From NCBI RefSeq assembly GCF_018350175.1, contig NC_058376.1, positions 133,734,001 to 133,798,000 on the forward strand: a stretch of 64,000 bases of DNA. Direction: 5' to 3'. The stretch comes from Felis catus (taxonomy: Eukaryota). Positions 50,974 to 61,129 of the stretch are shown here, piece by piece (positions within the stretch are counted from its first letter, which is position 1; each line of letters opens with the position of its first letter). Under the pieces are notes generated by a model that saw nothing but the letters and a program-made list of their open reading frames with translations, was not told the origin of the DNA and made no database searches. The position numbers and the translations under genes were made by a program.

Positions 50974-51385
50974 CATCAGGAAACCTGGTTGTGAGCACTG
51001 GGGAGGGCCAGGCAGCTCTCGGCTGTGAAGGGAGCAGGAGCACAGCAAGAGAGCAGAAGCCTGGAGGCTGGTGAGTGAGAGTGGCCAGGGGTGCGTCGAT
51101 GGACACCCGGATTTCCGTCTGCTGCCTCCTCTTATTATATGAAGGATCTTTAGCAGAGAGTTGTTAGAGCCACCATAGCACTCACCTCCCATTGGACTTT
51201 TGTTCACAAGGAATTTTGTTTCATTGAACTCCCAGTCTTTCTGTGTCAGAAACACCCAGTGGCATGGGACTTAGTTCAGTTGCCTCACACAACTGCTTCT
51301 GTTAGTTTTGCCCTTAAGTAAACATCAGTTCTTATTTTTCATCACATTTGGGGAATTTTCAGCCATTGTTTCTTAAAACATTCTT

Positions 51386-51598
51386 TTTTTTTTTTTTAAA
51401 CATTTATTTATTTTTGAGAAGAGTGAGACAGAGCATGAGCTGGGGAGGAGAGAGAAAGAGGGGACACAGAATCTGAAACAGGCTCCAGGCTCTGAGCCGT
51501 CAGCACAGAGCCCAACGCGGGGCTCGAACTCACGGACCATGAGATCATGACCTGAGCCAAAGTCGGACGCTTAACCAACTGAGCCACCCAGGTGCCCC
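51386..51598 (-). mobile_element. Can-SINE
   Basis: TSD tttcttaaaacattctt on both sides. Confidence 0.95.
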
Positions 51599-51993
51599 AT
51601 TTCTTAAAACATTCTTATTGCTCCTTTCTCTCTTTCCTGTCCTTCTGGAACTCCCAGCTGGTGGGACTGGTGGTGTCCTGGAGCTTTCTTAGTCGGTGCT
51701 GATTTTTCTTCATTCTCTTTTCCTTTCTGCTTCTCAGACTTGGTGGTATCAGTTGGCCTACCTTCAGGTTTGCTGATTCTTTCTTTTGCTTACTCAGTGA
51801 AAATTTCATTTATTTCTTGTACTTTACAAACCCAGAATTTCTATTTGGTTCCTTAAAAAAAAAAAAAAATCATTCTTGTCTACTTACTGATAATCTCTTT
51901 TGAACGAGACATCATTTTCCTTTAGTTCTTTGTACATGGTTCCCTTTAACTCTTTGAGTATATTTAAAATAGTTCACTTAAAGTCTTTGTCCA

Positions 51994-52175
51994 GGGGTGC
52001 CTGGGTGGCTCAGTTGGTTAAGCATCCAACTTTGGCTCAGATCATGATTGCACGGTTTGTGAGTTCAAGCCCATGTTGGGCTCTGAGCTGTCAGCACAGC
52101 TTTGGAGCCTGCTTTGGATTCTGTGTCTCCCTCTTTCTGCCCCTCCCCTGGTTAAGCTCTGTCTCTCTTGCTCTT

Positions 52176-52225
<50 letters not shown>

Positions 52226-52274
52226 ACTCTCTCTCAAAAATAAATAAACATTTATAAAATTAAAAAAAAAAAAC
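51994..52274 (+). mobile_element. Can-SINE with expanded (CT)n linker
   Basis: Starts ggggtgcctgggtggctcag, long CT tract, TSD aaagtcttt. Confidence 0.94.
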
Positions 52275-52761
52275 AAAGTCTTTTTCTAATTAGACCAATG
52301 TGTGTGCTTCCTCAGGGACAGTTTCTATTAGTGGCCTTTTCTCCTCTGTATATGAACCATATTTTATTTCTTTACGTGCTGTGTAATTTTTTGTGTGTGG
52401 AAAAATAGATATTTTTAATATTGTAGCGTGGCAACTCTGGAAATTAGATTCTCTTCACTCACCAGGGTTTGTTGCTGCTTGTAGCTGCTGTTGCTTGTTT
52501 TGTGACTTTCTGTGCCAATTTTGAGCAGTCTGTATTCTTTGTCATGAGTCAATGCTATCTCTATTCTATTAGCTTAGTGTCTCTCTAGTGATCGGATAGG
52601 CATTGATAACTCCGCCTTAGCCTTCACCTCCTGCATGCACAGAACTCGAGGGTCAGCCAGAGGTGAGAGTTTAAAGTTATCTCAGGGCTTTCCTGAGCAG
52701 ATACTTAGGCCCATGCCTGCACTTGACTATCTAGATTCCCAGGACTATGTCTGATCGTTTT

Positions 52762-52793
52762 AGTCAAAAGCTCTACCACTAAGCTATACCCCC
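52762..52793 (-). pseudogene. Tailless retropseudogene of the 5' half of tRNA-Cys(GCA)
   Basis: Reverse complement GGGGGTATAGCTTAGTGGTAGAGCTTTTGACT matches the first 32 nt of mammalian tRNA-Cys (GGGGGTATAGCTCAGTGGTAGAGCATTTGACT) with 2 mismatches. 14-bp TSD tgtctgatcgtttt / tgtgtgatcttttt. Confidence 0.88.
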
Positions 52794-53528
52794 TGTGTGA
52801 TCTTTTTAAAGCGTTTGTTTGACAAAACATCTCAATCCCCAAATTTTCTTCCCAAGCTAATTGGTTAGTTCATTGTTTATTCCAACAATTATTTATTGTC
52901 CCAGGCAGCAGCTACTAGTGTATTTAATTTACTTTTGAGTGTTTTTGACAACTCCCTCGGGCAGCCGCCTCAGCTTTGGTAGAGTCCCAAGTTAGGAGAG
53001 CTGTGGCGGAGCCTGGAGCCCTTCGAGCTGAAGCGACCAGGCAGATCACAACACACAACCACACTTCTTTCAAAACAAACTCCACTCTGCTTCTTCTGGT
53101 AATGGTATCTGTACTGGGAATATGGGCTTTTTTCTTCAAGGCTCTTTGCTGAGCTGGAGAGCCGGGGATGGTGCCAGGGTAACTTATAATACCACAAAGT
53201 GGCCGGCTTTTCCTGCTGAGATCTAGCTGTTTTTTATTAAGTGTTCCCCTGGTTCCCCTGGTTGCTGCAATATTTTGGTGGTTTCCCAGGTTTAACAAAG
53301 TTGATTTTGACAGTTTTGCCAGTTTATTTGATGCTTTTATGGAGCAATGAACTTTTGGAGTTCTCTACTCTGCCGTTTTCACTAATGTCGTTTACCATCT
53401 GACTTTGATTTTATATAGGCTGCTATCAACTTCAAACAGAAACTGCTTAATTTAAACTCAGTCTAGCTCTAAACCTTTCCTGATGAATCTTTCTCACTAA
53501 TATATATATTTCTCAATGTATATATATT

Positions 53529-53569
<41 letters not shown>

Positions 53570-53576
53570 GTATATA
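53529..53576. repeat. Compound (TC)n(TA)n microsatellite
   Basis: Seen directly. Confidence 0.92.
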
Positions 53577-53779
53577 ATAGACTATGGTCTATAGGCATAT
53601 CTAGAGCAATTTTATTGATTTTTTTCCAAGTTAATGTAATAAAAATTTAAGATCTGATGTCTTTTTAATATGATTCCCTTGCACAACAATAAATAAGATA
53701 AAGCTTAGAGAATCCTAACAATTGCTGCAAGGTTCAACTTTCCCAGAACTTACTAATTTCTAAATAAATAATGTTCACT

Positions 53780-53945
53780 GCATCTCTTGTATGTATTATT
53801 TGATTGATGACTGTCTTATCCACCAGTCTAAGAATCCTCTAATACAAAGACAGTCTCTGTTTTTATTCATCTCTACCCCTAACACTAGGCCTGATGCCTG
53901 GCACATAGTAGGTGCTCAAGAAACGTTAGTAGAATGAATGAATAA
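53780..53945 (+). mobile_element. L2 3' end
   Basis: tgcctggcacatagtaggtgctcaagaaacgttagtagaatgaatgaat is the canonical L2 tail. Confidence 0.85.
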
Positions 53946-54747
53946 CTATAGGGGCTGTTAGATGAAACACTATGGAGTGAAGACCTTTATGACTTGAATT
54001 ATCTAGACCTTTAAAATCATGGAGTTACAGGAAATCTTCCGGGGTCAAAGAGTACATATTCAGGTTTTATCCTTAGTTTTTGTGGCTTACTTAGAAAGTA
54101 CTAAACGCCATATCCTATAGGACCCATCTCTTTAATCACTTTCTGTTAGACTTTCAGGATAAATTTTTTCTCTGTATTTAAATGAATACAAAATGCTCTT
54201 AGGTCATATGGTATCTTTAACAAAAGGAGTGAAATCTAAATTAGAAGTCTAGGGTTTTAGCATTCTGAGCCTCGGAACTGTCAGCTTTGTGAACAGGTTA
54301 AGTTTTTCATAACCTTCAGTCACCCGCTGATTATGCTTGTTCGGGGACATTGGCACAGAAAATGAAGGACGATGGATGTCCCCCTTGGCTCTGTAAGGGC
54401 CATTGCTGTTTCCAGGGAGGATAGAAGATGGTTTACCCGCATTGTCAGTGTAAGTCCGTGATACTCTTGAAGGAACAGTTCTTACTGGGTATTAGAAGAT
54501 ACCTTTAGGTCTGAATTTCAGATTTTGTTCCGCTTTACTTCATGTATATGGAAGTAAATATACTTAAATCTATTAAATCTACTAACTATAGGTTTTTTTG
54601 TTCCTGTCTTTGTTATTTAGTGTGAATGACCTAAGTCACTATGGTTAATTGGCATGTTTTATTGGCACACCTATTTACCTTAACCAGTTCAAGTTATAAA
54701 GATGAGCTTTATCGTTCATTTTGTTTATTGCGGTTATCCACTGTACC

Positions 54748-55352
54748 TTTTTTTGGTTTTTTACTAAGATGTAATTCCCATGCCGTAAAACGCACCCTTT
54801 TAAAGTGTACATGTCATTGGTTTTTAGTATATTCACAGTTGTGCAACTGTCACCACTATCTATCTAATTCTAGAACATTTTTATCTTCCCTGAAAGAAAT
54901 ATCTTGCCCATTAGCAGTCACTCCCAGCCCCTGGTGACCATAAATTTACTTTCTGTGTCTTTAAATTGCCTATTTTGGACAGCTTATATAAATGGAATCA
55001 TACCCTATGTGGTCTTTTGCAACTGGCATGTTTTGCTTAACATAATGTTTTCAAGGTTCTTCCTTGTTGTAGGATGTAGTATCAGTACTTTATTCCTTTT
55101 TATGGCCAAATAATGTTTCATTATCCAGATTTGCCACATTTTGTTTGCCCGTTCATCACTTGATGGATATGTGGGTTATTTCCACCTTTTAGCTATCATG
55201 AATAATGCCACTGTGAACATTTGTATATATTTGTGTGGCCATGTGTTTTCACTTCTCTTTGGCTATAAACCTAGAAATGGAATCGATGGGTCATATATGG
55301 TAACTCTGTGTTTAATTTTCTAAGGAATTGGCAGATGTTTTCTAAGGTGGCC
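54748..55352 (-). mobile_element. L1MB-like 3' end
   Basis: cacccttttaaagtgtaca...tttagtatattcacagttgtgcaact...ataaatggaatcata...tgaataatgccactgtgaacatt. Confidence 0.85.
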
Positions 55353-55380
55353 CAGGTGGCTGTTTAAAGTTCACAAAACA

Positions 55381-55593
55381 GGGGCGCCTGGGTGGCGCAG
55401 TCGGTTAAGCGTCCGACTTCAGCCAGGTCACGATCTTGTGGTCCGTGAGTTCGAGCCCCGCATCAGGCTCTGGGCTGATGGCTCAGAGCCTGGAGCCTGT
55501 TTCCGATTCTGTGTCTCCCTCTCTCTCTGCCCCTCCCCCGTTCATGCTCTGTCTCTCTCTGTCTCAAAAATAAATAAATGTTAAAAAAAAAAA
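55381..55593 (+). mobile_element. Young SINEC_Fc-like SINE
   Basis: Near-consensus copy. Perfect TSD aaagttcacaaaaca (55366-55380 and 55594-55608). Confidence 0.96.
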
Positions 55594-55631
55594 AAAGTTC
55601 ACAAAACAAAGGACTGGCCTACTCACACTTC

Positions 55632-55858
55632 TTTATTTAGAAAAAAAATTTTAATGTTTATTTATTTTTGAGAGAGAGAGACAGAGTGTGTGGGGGGGGG
55701 GGGAGGGGCAGAGAGAGAGGGAGACACAGAATCTGAAGCAGACTCCAGGCTCTGAGCTGTCAGCACAGAGTCCTCTGCGGGGCTTGAACTCAAGAACCCG
55801 GAGATGATGACCTGAGCTGAAGTCGGATGCTTAACCCATTGAGCCACCCAGGCACCCC
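55632..55858 (-). mobile_element. Can-SINE without a visible TSD
   Basis: Full body ending caggcacccc. Left and right flanks do not match. Confidence 0.93.
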
Positions 55859-56519
55859 TGCCAAAGCATGCACCCCCGTGGAGCACTGTGTCTGGAGGGC
55901 CTGGGATATTCCCGGAAAAGGGTCAGAGACCCTTATTAAACAATAACAAAAGATTGAGAGCTTTTAGTATGCTATCTAATGTGAATTGCAAAGAGGAGGA
56001 TACGCAGCCTGTTTGCACACTTATTTTGCTACAAACCACTTTTCAAAGGGCAACTTACAGGATGTAACACACTTCCATTCCCTGATGCAAGTCTGTTTTC
56101 CAAGTGAGAAACTGAGGTCTAGGGAGGCAAAGTCTCCATGTTAATTAATTTCGTAATTGCTGAGGGAGCACCTCCCACCTGCTAACCTCAGTGTTAGGCA
56201 CCAGGGAGACAATGACAGCAATATGGGACAGGCGACTCCAGCACTGGGTGAGTAGTAAGTAGAGAACAGTGCATTGAACCTGGGGCACCTGTGGATGTGA
56301 CAGTAGACCAGTTGGAGAGACAGATTTTGATTCTGTGAGTAATAATTGAAGCCAGGGACTGGATGAGAGCACCCTAGGGATGAGGAGGCAAGGATAGACC
56401 ATCAGTATTTAAGGGTGCACAAAGAGCAGCCCCAGATGGAGACCAAGGAGGAAAGGGGAGGAAGAATTGGGACAGGCCAAGGGCTGCCTTCTGATAGTGC
56501 AGAGAAGCAGCACAGGCCA

Positions 56520-56750
56520 CAGAGGCGGAGGCTTGTGTTCTGAGTCCTGCCTGCCTTGCTCACAGGTTGTGTGACACTGGCTACGTGTTACTCTAATTCG
56601 CAAAGGTTTGATTCATAAAAGGGCTATAATTGTAAACCTACTTTATCAGCTGGTAGTGAAGCCTCGATAAAGTTTGCATGGTTCGAAGGATCATACTTGG
56701 CGTACACGAAGTGCTCAGTACACATTGGGTGATAGCATCATTCTTATCAT
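56520..56750 (+). mobile_element. MIR within L2-like sequence
   Basis: ggcttgtgttctgagtcctgc...ttgtgtgacactgg...ataaaagggctataat...gtgctcagtaca. Confidence 0.5.
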
Positions 56751-58599
56751 CAAGAAGAGGACTTGGAAACACCTGCCATGTTCAGGATCACGGACGTTGT
56801 GGGTGACCTTGGCAAAAATCCACTTCAATGGAGTGACAGTTCGAGGAGTGAGTAGGAGATCGAAGAGTAGAGGCTGTGAATTTAGACATTTCCTTAAGGT
56901 TAGTTATGAATGGTTTGGGAGAGGACTGTTGCTGGGGACCAGGAGGACAGGTTTAGGAGAAATCGATAGGAGAGGCTTGAGCACACGTAACTGCGGAGAG
57001 TGAGAGGCTGGGGAGCTGGCAACGGTGAAGCTCAGCAAGGGCTGGGGATAATTAGGAAACAAACAGCTTAGGAAGGCGGACGGAATGGGCCCCAGAGCGA
57101 AATTGCCTTATGCCAGGACTTGCCTCAGAGCATCCAGATACCAGGGCAACTGAGACTGGCACGTTCCTGAAAATCAGGGTTCAGTGCACCATTGTGGCAT
57201 TCTCTGCATAAAGAGAACATATGTCATACGTATCCTGAAAGGGCTCCTGGGAAGACAGGCAAGAGTCAGAGCATCTTGGTAAAGTCTTCTAACACCCTGG
57301 GAGTCTCCTTGGAATGCAGATTCACTTTGCAGTCATTATTAACTTAAAAGGAAAAAAAAAAAAAAGCCTCCCAAATTTCACTCTGAACTGCAGCCATTGG
57401 CGCCTGTCCTGATTTCCCCGTGCACGGATGCATCTGCCAACACTCCCTCCTCCTCTGGTAGCCGTTGATGGGTTGTTCTTCCCGGTGTCCTGTATGAAGC
57501 AGGAGGAATTCCTACTCTCCCCCAGTCTTAGAGGGTTGGGGCAGCCCAGGCCTCCCAAAACTTACAGAGAGGGGGACGCTCTCTGTTTCCTGACACAGGA
57601 GCTAGTTGAGGTTAAGGAGCCTACTCCATGCTTGAATCCGAAGGAGCACGCGGAGCATGTGGATAGCTGGTGCACACCTCCACTGCCCTGTAGGGCCGAG
57701 TGTGCAACTCCAAGTCTAGGCTTTGTTTCCACACTGCTTTCTGGACTCCCCAAGGAAGGCCTGCATGGTACCTCCCATAGGCTCTCAGGGACTGTCAGAA
57801 GGCCGAGACCTCTCTTTACAGATGGAGAAATGTTGTGGGAGGCGGCTAGCACAAGGACGCAGAAGGGCCACATGATTCTGAATTTAGAGCTGGGGTCTTC
57901 CGGCCAGAATTTGCCTAGTGTGCCTCCTCCCTCAGGACCTGGAACGGGGCTCTTTGGCGATGCGTGCTCCTAGTTTATTCCCTTTTCTTTTTGTCTAAAA
58001 AACATTTAATGCGGGTTAGAGTATGCTTTTGATTATTTCTCCATTTAACTTGAGGAAGTAACCTCACCGGTTCCTATTTTTGTTCCCGTCATTTTGAAGC
58101 CAGGGAAGACTTCCTGAGTAGATGGAAGAACACCCAGATTTTGAGGGAGTGCTCCAAGGGCACGAATACTTGCGGCTGAGAGAAAACAGTGGCCCTCCCT
58201 CGACTACTGCAGGCAAGAGCCAGTATTGGGAACAGCTGTGTTTAAAAGTCTCCTAATTGTTATTTATTCTGTCTGTGGATCTGCAGTCCAACAAATGTAT
58301 GAATAGGACCTTTGCTGATCGTATCTCCTTGTTTTGATCAGAACTGCTGTAAATAAGGGGGCTATAGCGTACTGTTTGCTTAAATTCCTAGTGCTTTTAC
58401 CACAGTTCAGTGTTTTTTCTTTTGATACAGCCTACTTCAGCCTCTGTTCATTTCTAAGAAGTTGAATGTAGAGTAGTTAACCTAGAGTTCTGGAAACCCC
58501 CTGAGGGACTACGTCTCAGGTCTATGAACCCTGTCGCCTCTCTGAAACCTGAGTCCCTGGTTTTCTTATGCCTCATAGAACCCTCCTGAACCTCAGCAT

Positions 58600-59120
58600 G
58601 TACTGAATTGTCTCAGTAAGTCTCCTCCTCTTCAGTAGTTCACGTGTCATTAATGGCATTGTTTCCAAGACCCAAGCAAGAAATCTTGGAAGGATCTTTA
58701 CCTCCTTTTTTGCTCACCTCCAGCCTGCGTTTGATTACTCCCATCTTCTGAGATATGTCTTCTGGTGAAGTCAGCCTGCACTCTTTCCTCTGTGTGACTG
58801 CAGGTGGGGGTGTGGGGCCTGTCTCTTTACAGGAATGCTTCTGCTTGGAATTCTCTTCATTTTGGCTGGCTCCCAGCCCCCCACCCACATGTCACATCTT
58901 CAGCAGAGCCCTTCCTCCCTGAGCCCCCTTCCCAGGGAGGTGTCTTTCCTTTGTCCTCTGGATTGCTATTTCTTCTTTCACTTCAATCTGCATGAAATTA
59001 TTTGGTAATTTTGTATTTGCGGGTTTGACTCTTTGGCTAGATTATGGGATCTTTGAGGATAGGAATCCAGTTTGTACTTAAATATATTTGTGTTTGGCAC
59101 ATGTCAGCACAAAAACTAGG
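58600..59120 (+). mobile_element. L2 fragment
   Basis: caagcaagaaatcttggaaggatcttt...tagattatgggatctttgaggataggaatc...gtttggcacat. Confidence 0.55.
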
Positions 59121-59419
59121 GGCTACATTTAATTGACTTGAATTTAGAAAAAGATATATGGGATCAAAGAGGAACCATTAAATGATGCTTATTATTTCTT
59201 GGTTGATCTCTTTTTAGTCTTTTTTTTGTCTTCCTTACTCGTTTGCTTCTCTCACTTAGAAAGAAGTACATAAAAGTTCTGTTCCTATAAAAACAATTTA
59301 AATATAGTCTTTCTGTATCAACAGATAGAATAACCTGGTATCTAATAACTAGATAATGGTTACATTATCACTGTTCTGTCCAAACGCAGTTTCATTAACA
59401 TCTGTTGACATCATAGAGA

Positions 59420-59630
59420 CAAGGCATCCTCTTAGAGGCTGAGGGTCCAGGTTCCAGGCCTAGTGCTGCCATTTATGACCTGAGTGACCTCAGCTATGTC
59501 TCCAGTGTTTTTTTAGGCTCTGTTTTCTCCTTTATAAGAGGAGACTAATAATACCTACCTGATAACGTTGTTTTAAGGATTAGATGAGATATTGGATATG
59601 AAAGGGTCTTGTATAGTGTAAGACATAGAG
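59420..59630 (+). mobile_element. MIR
   Basis: ggttccaggcctagtgctgccatttatgacctgagtgacct...ataatacctacctgataacgttgttttaaggattagatgagat. Confidence 0.7.
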
Positions 59631-59966
59631 TAAATTCTGATATAGAATAACTTCTCATGTGATTTTTAAGTTGAATCTGAATTTATATACATTAGTTAAT
59701 TAGGCCTGGATTTGATAATCTGTCTACTAGTTGGTTTATGTAGTATCATCTGTAAGCATGTGTGATGTTTCAAGAACGCAGTTTTACAAATCTTTCTCTA
59801 TTTCATGTCAGTAATATCCTTTTTTGGTATTAATGCCTTAGGAATATTATTTCAACTGATTGTTCTATAAGACCATTGGACTGAAATTTTTCTTCTCACT
59901 TAAAAATTTTTGGAATTCTCATTATTTCTCTCCTATGTTTTGGATAATATTGAACTAATGGTATCA

Positions 59967-60170
59967 TTTTTTTAAAGGTTTTATTTATTTTTTTTTGAGA
60001 GAGTGTGCAAGCGAGGGAGGGGCAGAGAGAGGGGGACAGAGGATCTGAAGTGGGCTCGCACTGACAGACTGATAGTAGCAACCCCGATGCGGGTCTGAAA
60101 CGAACGAACTGTGAGATCATGACCTGAGCCAAAGTTGGACACTCAACCAGCTGAGCCACCCAGGAGTCCC
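59967..60170 (-). mobile_element. Can-SINE
   Basis: gacagaggatctgaagtggg linker. TSD taatggtat. Confidence 0.92.
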
Positions 60171-61129
60171 TTAATGGTATTGTTCAAAAAAAACTTGGTA
60201 ATAAGATTTAGCAGTTTTTGGAGGTATTTGTTTTCATCTCGGCATGAAGACAAGAAGTAAGAGATGTTTCATGGTTATCATTATTTTGTTTGGCATTTCT
60301 GCCGAATTTTCTCTCCATTCATTGCCGTTCCCCTTTGGGAAGAGGCCTCCACTGCATAGTCATATGCTGGTTTGTATGGGGTGAGCATGATACCTGGTTG
60401 GCACCAGGATATGTAGGAGATCTAGAACATAGTCTTCCCTTGCACATGTCTTTAAGGTGTAGGAGAAACGAATTTGAGGTGTGATCTACAACTTACCAGT
60501 TGTAGACAGAATCTAAAACCCAGTTCTAGTCAAGGGGAAATCGGCCTGCCCTGTTGTCCTGCCTTGCTGGCTGTGCCAAGTCAAAGGAAAAGGAAGAGCC
60601 CATTGGAATGAAGGGTTTTTTTTTTTCTCCCTCTTTTTTTCTTCCTTTTCTTGTTTTCCTTGTTCTATCCATTTTTTATGGTAATATGAGCTCTAAGGCA
60701 GAATTTATAGTTAGTACTATTTGGCTGTGCGAATTCATAGTTTTCCTTTTCCTTTAAGGTTGATTTCAGTGCCACTTCCTGGGAAGAAACCATACTAGTT
60801 ACACACTGCCTCCAAGAAAATGGAATGTACCTAAGTATTGTTAGACGGGGGGAGTACTTTATAGTGGCTGCAGCTCAGGACATTCTTGGATGAAGGACTG
60901 AGAAAGAGGAGCAGAGTAGACCCAGGGGAGAAGGCCACAGCCCTCCTCTGAGATGTACTTTAATTACCTAGCAGGGACCGCCGCATATGAGAGCCTTGTT
61001 CCAGAACGCTGGACACTGTAAGGATTTTTTATGTGGGGGAGGGGAAAGGGTATGTTAAAATCTCCTATGAAGAGTTTTGTCGAACATTCGTACCTAGTTA
61101 GTTAAATAGGAATCCACAGTAGGCCGTCA

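Larger units (their letters stand above)
51330..53390 (-). mobile_element. Ancient L1M 5' UTR and ORF1 fragment
   Basis: Minus-strand KEKRMKKNQHRLRKLQDT resembles L1 ORF1p (KEKRMKKNEQSLRDLWDT). Ends ctctactctgccgttttc, like an L1M 5' end. Hosts two SINEs and a tRNA-half retrocopy. Confidence 0.75.

Noticed and set aside
57428-57973. 181-aa plus-strand ORF
   Set aside because: No homology that I recognise, and the 3' part runs through a MIR-like fragment.
60485-60506. Perfect 9-bp hairpin tctacaact-tacc-agttgtaga
   Set aside because: A stem of this length is expected by chance in 64 kb and is too short for a pre-miRNA.
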